31,887 nt of DNA from a virus (lineage: Duplodnaviria > Caudoviricetes). Location: positions 1-31,887 of the IMG/VR virus record IMGVR_UViG_3300044448_005232. One strand, written 5' to 3'. The position numbers and the translations under genes were made by a program. Below are positions 11,601-20,253 of this stretch, piece after piece. How positions within the stretch are numbered: the first letter of the stretch is position 1; each line of letters starts with the position of its first letter. The notes beneath the pieces were generated by a model. The model searched no databases. It worked only from the letters and a program-made list of their open reading frames with translations, and was not told where the DNA came from.

Positions 11601-11814
11601 TATCTCTATAGGCAAAAGTTCCTATGGGATTATTTGTTGAAGAAAGATCCCAGGTAGCAGAAGAAGAACCTTTTCTTTTTTCAAGTCTTCCCAACTTTTC
11701 AATAACTGCATTTTCAAGATTTTCAAGAGAACCTGGCTCAAGAACAATATCCGTAGACTTTGTGTCTAAACCTTTTCCAAACTGAATCCTAAAAACATTT
11801 TTATTTAAAGCCAT
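8695..11814 (-). CDS. Tail nozzle / tail tubular protein B-like
   Basis: About 1040 aa, beta-rich. N-terminal GLDTK...LENLENAV...GRLEKRKG and C-terminal TGWISF...GFGRVY patterns resemble podovirus nozzle proteins (P22 gp10/T7 gp12 position). Start set at ATG 11814 (TGATG overlap with the upstream gene). Confidence 0.7.
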   Translation of the reverse strand: MALNKNVFRIQFGKGLDTKSTDIVLEPGSLENLENAVIEKLGRLEKRKGSSSATWDLSSTNNPIGTFAYRDNLIIQGDEANITLIGSDNETVSASGLGLNKHFESELFHASNTSGYNQSQPSIAISHSGDYIAIAWVQGVWTPSQNAVRYSYRVSVIDAVTGTIVNSNREIASRASDDDFVGKIKIVAHGNTDAADDSFAVYYEFRDSSGNITIRKAKFDHDDFTISGSDIVASSVYRQTEGENWFDVIEHTAGSGNYRKVHLVYTEYSSSTHYATYQLDTNGSLGSAAKVSTSGSIKHMTAFKSSAGGTARVYFAFSVGDTVHIRQHTEADPTSGAVGGTDAISSTVMVESGGFCESEDGTKVEYLCTMGTTSSTYVSKSCRYQVTPGTGAFDDDAAPFRLNAWIPLAPIKTTAGIHYFLSQENRNTEDAETLHTVTAWTDIIDNPTSLVPQLYRCLVGSSFRQELIRGHINGITPRVVTDGTNHYSVLPRATNFQSWANTSTGDLVTALNSQCHIIKMNTTKPVYETPRVQLGGELFISPGNIKSTASDRIHETGFYYKPSVSLTADTSGNLIHSKTYKYKACWEFEDSFGNLHRSEPSTEESVTLSSGETGVVITADGNSMSIKGFVNGGLNLVLYRTQADGNVFNKVATIKNPDFDGSIVATALISHHDKVSDANAATGAFLYTESGELANVAPPPARYIESHRNRIFAITEDNRIWYSKEYENKFGIGFSEVFQVPIDGLDHDKPTALCSSGSDLTIFREQSSWVLSGEGPSKTGVGEFYKPKQLSSTVGALKDSPTLYANGVIYFQNVRGIFALSGSNFDYIGAPVEDLVGSSRVISIKHHQKTETVRFAFTDKVLAYNYRFNGWSSYTYSLGDGETIVGMENLNDVIHVVTSADKILKEDSSYKIGSTYMPMKVKTGWISFNEIQGFGRVYRFSLLGESRDKHVLTVKVYYDYDDSASVDTYTFTTSSATDAKLQFRGHLSKQKCESIKFEIYDADNSASTGDGFALDHIALEVGIKRGVFRTTESNTIGAS

Positions 11815-12125
11815 CAGAATACCCAAAGATTAACAGTTACAGATGCAGAAGCTTTTAGTTTAAGAAAATTTTCTTTGTCGCTATTGCTGCTTTCTTCATC
11901 ATAAACATTTGCTGAAGCATTCATTTTTACAGGGATATACCCTCTTGCTGCTCTTCCTAATTTATGCGGAACATCTGTTGAAGAAGTGCCAAGAGCAATA
12001 TCTTCAAGCAAAACTCCATCTAAGATCGGAGCTTTTGTTACTGGCCTTAATACAGTAGACAATCGATACTGTAATTCTCTGATATCTGAATCAGTTGTAT
12101 TTATTGATTCAAAATCTTTAATCAT
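11814..12125 (-). CDS. Small tail-associated structural protein
   Basis: 103 aa, translationally coupled between adaptor and nozzle; VPHKLGR motif is of a type seen in phage tail proteins. Confidence 0.55.
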   Translation of the reverse strand: MIKDFESINTTDSDIRELQYRLSTVLRPVTKAPILDGVLLEDIALGTSSTDVPHKLGRAARGYIPVKMNASANVYDEESSNSDKENFLKLKASASVTVNLWVF

Positions 12126-12820
12126 TACGTAATCAATCTATGGCCTGCAAGAATACCGATGTTTTCATCTGTAATCCCCATTGGCTCACCAGCATCTCTA
12201 TTTCTTGCTGCTTCTTCAATTCTGTTTTCGATTCTTTGAAGTTCTCGCTCTAGACCAGAAGTAGAAGTCTCTTCTTTCATTCTCATTTTAATTGCTGCTG
12301 AAACAACTGCGTATTCTTCCCAGTTTAAAGCAACTAGGTTACTTACTGTTGCGCCATCACTGGCAAGTTTTGTGTATGACGGAATGTACCAAACAGTTAT
12401 TTGATCTGTAGCATTTGGCTCTGGAACAAAAGTAATATTGGTTCCATTAAGATTATATCTAAAATTTGTATAACCTTTTTCAGTATGAATATGAGAGTTA
12501 GAAGAAAAAATGTTTCTTTCTTGAAAAGAATATCTTGGAATTCTAATAACATCAGAGCCTTGAGCAATATCTAATCCAAGCAATTTATAAAAATCACTTA
12601 TTCCAATAGAAGATAAGCTATAAGATTTGGTGCCGCTTACCAGAGAAAAAGTTGCAGAGTTTACATAGTAATCCTCAAACTTAAGAACAAGGATATCATG
12701 CAACTCAGCAAGGCCGGTGTTAATATAGTCGTTTACCTCAGCATCACTAAAAAAGTTATTGCCTACAGCATCGGCTAACCTTCTAGCCCTGGTCCTTAAC
12801 TCTGATAAGTTAGACATCAC
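12125..12820 (-). CDS. Head-tail adaptor (tail tubular protein A-like)
   Basis: 231 aa; N-terminal LSELRTRARRLAD...FFSDAEVNDYINTGLAEL helix pair is typical of adaptor proteins; follows the capsid genes. Confidence 0.7.
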   Translation of the reverse strand: MMSNLSELRTRARRLADAVGNNFFSDAEVNDYINTGLAELHDILVLKFEDYYVNSATFSLVSGTKSYSLSSIGISDFYKLLGLDIAQGSDVIRIPRYSFQERNIFSSNSHIHTEKGYTNFRYNLNGTNITFVPEPNATDQITVWYIPSYTKLASDGATVSNLVALNWEEYAVVSAAIKMRMKEETSTSGLERELQRIENRIEEAARNRDAGEPMGITDENIGILAGHRLIT

Positions 12821-13041
12821 TAATCTCCAGACATCATTTTCTCAACGCATACTTCAATAGCGTCTTTTAGATGACCTTCAAAGCCTGACCGATCACCACT
12901 AGAAACAGCATCAAAGATAGAATCTGCTGCTTCTGAAAAAGCGCCTTCATAGTCAGTAGGCTTCTCTTCCATTTCAACATCTTCTTCTGCACCTTCTGGC
13001 GGCTTGCCACCAAGAATCATAGCAACAGATGGACCCTTCAT
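12820..13041 (-). CDS. Small acidic hypothetical protein
   Basis: 73 aa, RBS GGAGAG, stop overlaps the next start. Confidence 0.65.
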   Translation of the reverse strand: MKGPSVAMILGGKPPEGAEEDVEMEEKPTDYEGAFSEAADSIFDAVSSGDRSGFEGHLKDAIEVCVEKMMSGD

Positions 13042-13055
13042 AAAACTCTCCAGTT

Positions 13056-13093
13056 AAAAAAGGAAAGGGCCGCCCGAAGAGATGACCCTTCCC
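13056..13093 (-). terminator. Rho-independent terminator after the capsid genes
   Basis: Minus strand GGGAAGGGTCATCTC-TTCG-GGCGGCCCTTTCC-TTTTTT: a stem with G.U pairs, a UUCG-type loop and a U-run. A second GC hairpin sits at 13105-13118. Confidence 0.8.
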
Positions 13094-13131
13094 TATAAAG
13101 GACAGGGGCCGGAGCCCCCCTCCCAGGATTG

Positions 13132-13479
13132 TTACGCATCACCCCGAGTAAGAATCAGGACAAATGTAAAAATACTTGCTGACTTAGTTGTTCCATCGCC
13201 TCCAGCGTAAGACTGAAAAGCAATAGTTGCGCCAGGCGCAGCTGCAGGAAAAGAACTAACAGTGTCTAGGCAGATGATTTCATCGCCAGATGCAGACAAC
13301 GGTGTTGCAACAGCCGCGATAAGTCCATTGTACTCACGGTCAAGCGTAAGCGTATAAAGACTGGTGTCTGTCAAAGCACAAGAAAATCCTTTACCAGCAG
13401 TAATACTGCCATCAGCAGCAATATGGCCAGCAACAATTTCAATGTTGTCGCTTTCAGAACTCATATTTGGAAAACCCAT
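13132..13479 (-). CDS. Putative capsid decoration / minor head protein
   Basis: 115 aa, beta-rich, RBS AGGAG; lies between the MCP and the terminator, so it is co-expressed with the capsid. Confidence 0.55.
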   Translation of the reverse strand: MGFPNMSSESDNIEIVAGHIAADGSITAGKGFSCALTDTSLYTLTLDREYNGLIAAVATPLSASGDEIICLDTVSSFPAAAPGATIAFQSYAGGDGTTKSASIFTFVLILTRGDA

Positions 13480-13492
13480 GATTATCTCCTAA

Positions 13493-14719
13493 TTATGCCA
13501 ATGCAATACGGCAGTTGTAGCCAGGGGCTGTACACAAAATATTGCCGTAGTAGCCGAATCGGTACTCGACACCATCTTCATTACTTTGGCGAATCCCGTT
13601 GAGCCCGTCAAAGTCAAGCATACGAGGAGCTGGTCCGAGGGACTTAAGCTTCCAGGTATCCAGCTGAAGCATGTAAGCAACATTGATTGGACAGTTATGG
13701 TCTGCAAAGCACTCAACCATGCCAGTTGGAGTAGCAACGCTAAGGCTTGAGAAACCAAAACTTGCATCTGATTCACCAGCTCCATAACGGCGACGGTTAT
13801 GTTCGCCTGCAACAGCAGCACGACCTTCAAGGTCAATTGCTAGCTCTGCCCAGTCAGTTGGGTTCATAAACAATGCATCTGGTCGGCCACCCTCACGAGC
13901 AACTTTAACACCAGCATTGATAATGGTTTCCATTACGCTGTTTGCATATGACTGACGCTGACCGCCAAGACGTGTGCTGTCTACTGTACGATCTACACCA
14001 AAGAATGTATCAGATGTAACACTGGCTGGAAGCCATGCATCAAGACCTGACATCTTAGCGCCAAAGTCACCTTCAACATAAAGAAAATCATCAGCGGACA
14101 AAGATGCAATGCTGTCAGTTGCATTACCAACTACAGTCAAAACATCGTTATCACGATCAACACCAGTAACTTCAAGAGTGCCTGAGTAAAGGGTACTGCC
14201 ATCAGTAGCGCTTGCTTTAAGACGCATACCAACTTCAAAGTTAATTGCATGACCTGCAACAAGCTCAACAGTAGTGTTGCCAAGGCTTGGACTCGCATGA
14301 ATCTGACCAATAGAGCCAGTTCCGCTGCGGAAAACATCACGGCCCATTGCGCGTGAAAGTGCATGAAGAGCTGAGTCAGTTTTAGACTTTGCAACGTCAA
14401 GCAAAGAACCTTCATTGCCATCAGCTGCAAGCAAAGTTTCATTATCAACGCTGACTACTGCATAGTCTTTTACACGTGTAACAACGAAATCTTCAAGCTG
14501 GGTTCCGCTACGGTTGTTTTGCGCAGTTGCAAAAGTAGCACTACGACCATTGGTCATGCCATATTCAACTGCATAAGTTGCATTTCGCCCAGGAAAAGTA
14601 GTTTCTTTTGGAAGCATAGCCAACAAGGGATTGTTCTTGTAGACCATGTTTTCGACCTTCTTGTACGGATACATGTCCTTCATGGCCGCATCGAAGTTCG
14701 TTAAATTAAAGGAAGCCAT
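13493..14719 (-). CDS. Major capsid protein (HK97 fold expected)
   Basis: 408 aa with a strong RBS (AAGGAGTGAGG); follows the scaffold; has ALFMNPTDWAEL and a C-terminal YGNILCTAPGYN pattern as in phage MCPs. Confidence 0.8.
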   Translation of the reverse strand: MASFNLTNFDAAMKDMYPYKKVENMVYKNNPLLAMLPKETTFPGRNATYAVEYGMTNGRSATFATAQNNRSGTQLEDFVVTRVKDYAVVSVDNETLLAADGNEGSLLDVAKSKTDSALHALSRAMGRDVFRSGTGSIGQIHASPSLGNTTVELVAGHAINFEVGMRLKASATDGSTLYSGTLEVTGVDRDNDVLTVVGNATDSIASLSADDFLYVEGDFGAKMSGLDAWLPASVTSDTFFGVDRTVDSTRLGGQRQSYANSVMETIINAGVKVAREGGRPDALFMNPTDWAELAIDLEGRAAVAGEHNRRRYGAGESDASFGFSSLSVATPTGMVECFADHNCPINVAYMLQLDTWKLKSLGPAPRMLDFDGLNGIRQSNEDGVEYRFGYYGNILCTAPGYNCRIALA

Positions 14720-14740
14720 TGCCTCACTCCTTTGTAAAAA

Positions 14741-15646
14741 TTAACTTGTAAAAAGTTTCCCGTCCCATTTTTCACGAACCTCTTCATAGCTCATGTTGCT
14801 GTTGGAAACTCTTGTAGGCTGTTCTTTAAATTTAGCCGATAAAGTTGCTTGCGGCTTACTCACTTTTCTAAATGCTTCTGGATTGTATCTCTGAAGTTTT
14901 TCTAAGATCTTGGGATCTGCATAAAAACTTTCTTCATGCTCTTTGATTGCTGATTCTAATTTTTCAAATGCTGCTTCGATTGATAATTCTTCGCCTGTAT
15001 TTTTGTAATGCTCAGCCATGCCTTGTGCAATTTCCTGGGCAGATAAAGAATCTGCTACAAGTGGATATGTTTCAGAATAGGACTGGCGATACTGGTCTAC
15101 ATCTGAAACAAACTTATTAATTGCAACTTGCTGTTGTTCCCTGGCTTTTCTTTGCTGCTCTTTTTGTTCTTTTTGCTGAAGCTCTGTTTTAAGCTTAGCA
15201 AGCTCCATTTGTGTTTTTGAAATACGATTTTCACTGTTGTTTGCGATGGCATCATCCAGGCTGCCTTCAGCTAAACTTCTTTGGAATTCTAAAGGATTTA
15301 TACCCTGGTTCTTTAAAAATTCATGAGGGTTGTTTTTAAGAAGCTCTTGATTTTTCATCAGCTGTTGAAGCTGCTCTTCTTTTTTCCTCATTTCGATTGC
15401 TTGTTTTTTTGCAGCAATCTCATTGGCCCGTTTCTCTTTGTCTCTTTGAACCTTGTCGAGAAACTCTCTACTTTTTGTTTTTTCTTTTACTGCTGTTACT
15501 TCTGCTACTTCTGCTACAGGTTCTTCTTGAACTGGCGCGTCTTTTTCAAAAATATTAAAAGACTTAGGCTCTTGTGGTGTTTCGGCCACGGCCTCTACTG
15601 CTGCTGGCTCACTTGCTGGAGCATCTTGTACTGGTGCTTCACTCAT
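14741..15646 (-). CDS. Scaffolding protein
   Basis: 301 aa with an acidic Pro/Ala N-terminus and long coiled coils; lies between portal and MCP. Confidence 0.7.
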   Translation of the reverse strand: MSEAPVQDAPASEPAAVEAVAETPQEPKSFNIFEKDAPVQEEPVAEVAEVTAVKEKTKSREFLDKVQRDKEKRANEIAAKKQAIEMRKKEEQLQQLMKNQELLKNNPHEFLKNQGINPLEFQRSLAEGSLDDAIANNSENRISKTQMELAKLKTELQQKEQKEQQRKAREQQQVAINKFVSDVDQYRQSYSETYPLVADSLSAQEIAQGMAEHYKNTGEELSIEAAFEKLESAIKEHEESFYADPKILEKLQRYNPEAFRKVSKPQATLSAKFKEQPTRVSNSNMSYEEVREKWDGKLFTS

Positions 15647-15655
15647 TTATATCTC

Positions 15656-17500
15656 CTACATTACGATCCCAGGAGGTAACCCTGGCATCGGCGGCGCTGC
15701 TGGCGCTGATGGTAATTGCCCAGGCATGCCCGGAGGCAATGCGGCTGGAGCTGCTGGCATTGGTGGAGGCGGCTGAGAAGCCTTAATTAAAGACTCTGCT
15801 TGAGAAATCCATCGCCTTAGTAGCTCAAGATTTTCTTCATCAACATCTTCCATCATTGCTAAGTTGTATGCTTGCTGGAATCGAACGATACCAAGCTCAA
15901 GGTTCATATATGGTTCTGGTGGGAAATATTCCCCATCTTCAACCATGCGCTCAATAGCCATATCGAGAACTTCAATATGAGCATTCTTCAGTTTGTTTGC
16001 TTTTTCTAGGTCGGGGAAATCGAGTAACTGGTGAGCTTCTTCTTTTGTGAATAACCCATTCATAGTCATTTCTGTAACTGAAGCTAGTTTTGCCGCTGGT
16101 GTCTGGGGGAGTGCTCCAATTGGTTTTACTTGAATAATAAATTCATCATTCTCAAGACTGATATCTTCCCAGTTAACTTTCTCAAGACCAGTTTTCTTAT
16201 CAAAGCTAGCAACAATGTACTCATCATTATCCCTGTGAGCATCCCTGATAAGTTCAATAATTTGAGATGAAGCATCAAGAAACATTTGTTCGTAAGCCTG
16301 GCCTACAACCATAAATCGCTCTGACTCAATATCAGAAAACTCACGAAGGGCTCGGCCTGACTCAAGTCCAACTGGTTTCTTGCTTTGAGCTGCAAGCTGG
16401 CTAATGCCCGTCATTTCATATGCCCGCTCTACTAAACGATCTAAATGAGCAAACATTTCACCAGATACGGAGCGAGGAACAAAAAACTGAGGAGGCGTTC
16501 CCCTGTATTTAATTGCACCCCAAATTCGATTGTTTAGATGGGACTGCACAATCTTTGAGGTATCTTCAATAAATACTTTAGGAGTTGCTAAGTGCATCTG
16601 CTCTTGAATCCTGGCAAGCAATTTATTGATCTCAACCTGCATGCCCTTTACTTCTCGAGCTAATCCGTTACCCCAAAAGCTTACAGGGTTTTCGGTCCAT
16701 CGAATAAATGTAAAAGGAAAATGGTCTTTAGTGAATTCAGAATCCTGCAAGGTAACAGTGTCAGTACATATTACATGTCTTCCATCGTTTGAATCTGGCC
16801 CACTTGGAAGATGCCATGCTTCATGACACTCCACCATATCTGAACTTCTTGTTTCACCTTCATAATCATCTGCTGGCTCTGCATTCCTGGAGGCCATAAT
16901 TTCTTTTCGTTTTTCGGGAAACAGCTCAGCAAGAACATGGCTAGATACTTTGCGCGTTTGAAACATTTGCCTTGGTGAGCCACCATTTTCTGTTTCAAGA
17001 GGATCTATCGTTAGCTCTGTTACTGGCACTCTTTCAGCTTTGATTTTGCCAAACTCAGTGTAGTATTTAATAATTCCTGTTCCACTTATGCATGCATCCA
17101 AAAAAGCTCTTTGGGCAATTGGATACATTTTCATAGAGTAAAACTGACCCTGCATAAGTTTATCAAATAGCTTTGATTTTCTTTTTTGAGAGTAGTTTCC
17201 GCCTTCAGTCAGAAAGCTAATAGCTGGTCTATGTTTGGAAATTTTAGAATTAGCGGCTTGGCATAAAGAGTGGATAATATTGAATGTGAGTCTTGGTTGC
17301 CTCATCTGGGCATATTGAACAGAGCCATAAGCGTATCGAGAGTGGATTGGCCTGCCATTGTACAAGCCCATAAATGTAGCAACGTCATTATAATAATGCT
17401 CTTGCTCATCTCTAAGGATGTTAATGAATTTACTGATAGCAGCATGAGGATCTTTCTCTGCTTGCCACCAAAAAGTATCTCCATAAACTCCGTAACTCAT
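15656..17500 (-). CDS. Portal protein
   Basis: 614 aa downstream of TerL; helical, with YEMTGISQLAAQS...ESGRAL and a Pro-rich C-terminal tail typical of podovirus portals. Confidence 0.8.
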   Translation of the reverse strand: MSYGVYGDTFWWQAEKDPHAAISKFINILRDEQEHYYNDVATFMGLYNGRPIHSRYAYGSVQYAQMRQPRLTFNIIHSLCQAANSKISKHRPAISFLTEGGNYSQKRKSKLFDKLMQGQFYSMKMYPIAQRAFLDACISGTGIIKYYTEFGKIKAERVPVTELTIDPLETENGGSPRQMFQTRKVSSHVLAELFPEKRKEIMASRNAEPADDYEGETRSSDMVECHEAWHLPSGPDSNDGRHVICTDTVTLQDSEFTKDHFPFTFIRWTENPVSFWGNGLAREVKGMQVEINKLLARIQEQMHLATPKVFIEDTSKIVQSHLNNRIWGAIKYRGTPPQFFVPRSVSGEMFAHLDRLVERAYEMTGISQLAAQSKKPVGLESGRALREFSDIESERFMVVGQAYEQMFLDASSQIIELIRDAHRDNDEYIVASFDKKTGLEKVNWEDISLENDEFIIQVKPIGALPQTPAAKLASVTEMTMNGLFTKEEAHQLLDFPDLEKANKLKNAHIEVLDMAIERMVEDGEYFPPEPYMNLELGIVRFQQAYNLAMMEDVDEENLELLRRWISQAESLIKASQPPPPMPAAPAALPPGMPGQLPSAPAAPPMPGLPPGIVM

Positions 17501-17805
17501 GGCGTTTCAGCACTCCTCCACAGATAATCATCATCTGTAAAACCTAGGTCATCTCTCTTTAGTTCATTAATATTTTTTGAGCCTGGCTCTTCTGGATCAG
17601 CATCATAGTTATCAAAGTTAAAACTACCCGGCTGAACATTGCCTATTGGCTGCATTTCTTGAACTATTGGAGCTTGTCCCCATTCTATTTCAAACTCAGC
17701 GTCTTTATATCTAGTAACACCAAAATCACTTAATAGCTTCAGCATTGCTTTAAGTTTTTTGGTTGTAGGACCTGCGCCCATATCTCGTTGCTTCTTTTCA
17801 GTCAT
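17497..17805 (-). CDS. Hypothetical protein between TerL and portal
   Basis: 102 aa, RBS GAGGA, ATGA overlap with the portal gene. Confidence 0.7.
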   Translation of the reverse strand: MTEKKQRDMGAGPTTKKLKAMLKLLSDFGVTRYKDAEFEIEWGQAPIVQEMQPIGNVQPGSFNFDNYDADPEEPGSKNINELKRDDLGFTDDDYLWRSAETP

Positions 17806-17813
17806 TTGCTTCC

Positions 17814-19331
17814 TCAGTGGCTATAGAGGTCAGAGTCAGCATATCCGATCCCCCACACTTCAGAATCATAATGCTCTTCATGTTCTTCCTCAAGAAGTTT
17901 TTGCTCCATCTCGTCTTCAAGTCTCCTGAAGTACTCCTTAGACCCTTTTTCAGGCTCATAACCAAGCTCTTCATAAAGATAGTGCCTGGATTCTTGCCAT
18001 GCATAAAAACAAGCATCTGAAAGGTGATTATCAAATCTTCTGTCTTCAGCAGTCCCGGCCTTGTTGTACTGGAGCTTATCCCACTCTGTTAAAAGCTCCA
18101 TGCCTCGTTTAACCTTGATATTACAGGCTTTTAGCTCTGAGTTCATAAGTTTAATCATGCCTACTTTATCGCCAGACTTATGAGCTGGCTTAATTGGAAG
18201 GCCGGTTCTTTGCTTAAAGGTTTCCATGACCATCTTTGAGGCGCCGCCACCTGTATCCATGACGATTGCAGTAAAGTCATAGTCACACATGAATCTATGT
18301 ATTTTTTCCTCTACTTCAGAGGTGAGCATCTTACTTTGCTTGAATTCATCAATGACATAAAGTGAAGGGTAGTCAGGTGTCCAAGCAACAACCACAAAGG
18401 CCGTAGCGTCATGATATCCGAGGTCGATCCCGAGGACATACTCCCACTCATCACTGACTGGTCTATCCTCGAACAAATTGTCCTGACTATAGTTATAGAC
18501 GATTTCCTGATTGTCGCGGACCCAGACTCCGAGGTACTCGCGTTTATAGGAGGGGTCGGAGGGGTTGAGGATTCCGTTGTCGATATCCTTTTGGATAGCT
18601 CGGACAGCGTGCTGCATGTAGGGGTTGTCTTTAACTGTCCACCTGTGAACTGAAAAATTATAAAAACTCTTTTCAGTTACATCATAAAAAAATCCATAAC
18701 AAGAAGAGTTAGGGGTAGAAATCATAACAAGACTTCCATCCCTATCAAGCAAGGCCGGAGTAAGAACTTCGTTCACCAGTTCTTTCAGGTTGATATTAAA
18801 GAATGCAGCCTCATCTAAAACAGCCAAGCTAAATGCAGCACCACGAAGTTTATCTACATCACTGGCATCGTTGGCGCCGGTGAACATAACCTGAGAGCCA
18901 TTAGGAAATGTAGCGACAAGATCTGCATTATTAAACTTAATGCCAAGACGAAATCTTTGATTGGCTTCTTTGAGGGAGCTCCAAAGAATACGCTTAGCCG
19001 CTTCCCTGGTACGTGCGATATACACACACATTGTACCATCAGCTTCTAAACACTCCTTGATAAGATAACGCCCTGCAGCATAACTCTTCCCACTACGTCG
19101 AGAACAGATAGCTGCTTTTCTTTTTGATTTATCATTAATAAAATTAAGCTGCTCAGGGAATAGGTTCTTAGTAAGGTTAAGCATCCTGCTTTTTTCAGAG
19201 TGCTTTTGAGCTACATTTTTTTGACCACCGGTAAGACCATTCCTTACAGCATATGCTTCCAGGATTTCTCTACTGGTGACAGAAAGAGAAGGGAGCTTAG
19301 ATTCACCCTTTGAACCTTTTGGTCTACCCAT
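17814..19331 (-). CDS. terL: Terminase large subunit
   Basis: Walker A CSRRSGKS, Walker B LAVLDEAAF, coupling motif ISTPN, RNase H-like nuclease GIDLGYHD...DNHLSDA. Likely start MGRPKG at 19331; the ORF track extends it to 19364. Confidence 0.93.
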   Translation of the reverse strand: MGRPKGSKGESKLPSLSVTSREILEAYAVRNGLTGGQKNVAQKHSEKSRMLNLTKNLFPEQLNFINDKSKRKAAICSRRSGKSYAAGRYLIKECLEADGTMCVYIARTREAAKRILWSSLKEANQRFRLGIKFNNADLVATFPNGSQVMFTGANDASDVDKLRGAAFSLAVLDEAAFFNINLKELVNEVLTPALLDRDGSLVMISTPNSSCYGFFYDVTEKSFYNFSVHRWTVKDNPYMQHAVRAIQKDIDNGILNPSDPSYKREYLGVWVRDNQEIVYNYSQDNLFEDRPVSDEWEYVLGIDLGYHDATAFVVVAWTPDYPSLYVIDEFKQSKMLTSEVEEKIHRFMCDYDFTAIVMDTGGGASKMVMETFKQRTGLPIKPAHKSGDKVGMIKLMNSELKACNIKVKRGMELLTEWDKLQYNKAGTAEDRRFDNHLSDACFYAWQESRHYLYEELGYEPEKGSKEYFRRLEDEMEQKLLEEEHEEHYDSEVWGIGYADSDLYSH

Positions 19332-19779
19332 GATAGCTCTCAACTTCATCTTTACTATGGTCATCAGACAATAAAGAATAGATATATGCTGGAAGAAGAT
19401 TGGCTATAAACCGAACGTTCCATTTATCTCTGGCATTTATAGACTGCATGTTATGTGACCAGTAGGTACAGAACACTGTTGATTTCTCATCAGGATAAAT
19501 ATCTCTTAGCAATTTTTTGCCTATGCCATTATTCCTAAAGGCTTTTTTAACAAATACAAAATGAAGAAGAGGTGTTGTTTCGATAGACCCATGAGCAGCC
19601 CAGCCAAGAATATGATTCTCATCATCATCAGCACAGAACACTTTGATGTTTCGATTATTATAAGCGTTGTCTATGACAAATCGCGTCATGCTACTAACAG
19701 CCCTGGTCGGGCACTTTACAGACTTAATCCATGAGTCATAAATAAAGTCTTCGTCAATTGCCTTAATATCTCTAATCAT
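19324..19779 (-). CDS. GNAT-family acetyltransferase
   Basis: Acetyl-CoA-binding motif A: LHFVFVKKAFRNNGIGKKLL. Start at ATG 19779 after AAGGAG. Confidence 0.7.
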   Translation of the reverse strand: MIRDIKAIDEDFIYDSWIKSVKCPTRAVSSMTRFVIDNAYNNRNIKVFCADDDENHILGWAAHGSIETTPLLHFVFVKKAFRNNGIGKKLLRDIYPDEKSTVFCTYWSHNMQSINARDKWNVRFIANLLPAYIYSLLSDDHSKDEVESYHG

Positions 19780-19780
19780 T

Positions 19781-20164
19781 TTACTGCTCCTTGCCGCTTT
19801 TGGCATTTTCATGTGCTTCAGATTGTTTTGCTCTGGCCTTGCGCTCTCTTACTGATTTGGCCACAAGTCTTTCAAGCTCCTGGTTAGATAGCTGAGCAAG
19901 CTCTGTAGATTTGAGTTGTGATTCAATCTCGAGAAGCTTCTTTAGCCCATTAAAACAGCTATCAAGTTTAGACATCTCTTTGGGGTCAAGTTCTTCGTTG
20001 TTGTCTGCCTTTTCTTTTAAAAGACTTATTTGGCTCTCAGTGATTTCGTACAGATCGCTCCAAAGACGGTGCTTGTCCTTGGACTGTACGATCTTTACCT
20101 TTTTGCCCCTGACTGCATAAGTTCCGCCAGTGTCTCCGGCCCGTCTTGCTTGTGCCATGCTCAT
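19781..20164 (-). CDS. Putative terminase small subunit
   Basis: 127 aa, helical, RBS CAGGAG; first clear gene of the packaging operon. C-terminal LAQLSNQELERLV resembles TerS tails. Assigned mainly by position. Confidence 0.5.
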   Translation of the reverse strand: MSMAQARRAGDTGGTYAVRGKKVKIVQSKDKHRLWSDLYEITESQISLLKEKADNNEELDPKEMSKLDSCFNGLKKLLEIESQLKSTELAQLSNQELERLVAKSVRERKARAKQSEAHENAKSGKEQ

Positions 20165-20253
20165 TCTCCTGCTGCATTTGCTTTAATAAAAGTAAAGCTG
20201 TTCTGAGACTATCGTCAATCATTGGATATAAATTCCTCACAATGAATACTAGA

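Noticed and set aside
13480-13520. T7 gp10B-style capsid frameshift or readthrough
   Set aside because: No slippery sequence at the MCP end, and the next gene has its own RBS.
729-19039. Plus-strand and alternative-frame ORFs within the late genes (e.g. 6029-6403, 6982-7659, 13489-13836, 15323-15679)
   Set aside because: Antisense or frame shadows of long, motif-bearing genes with biased codon usage.
20037-20240. 67-aa ORF upstream of and overlapping putative TerS
   Set aside because: It has a possible RBS (GAGGA before ATG ATT GAC), but about two thirds overlaps TerS out of frame. Not enough support to call.
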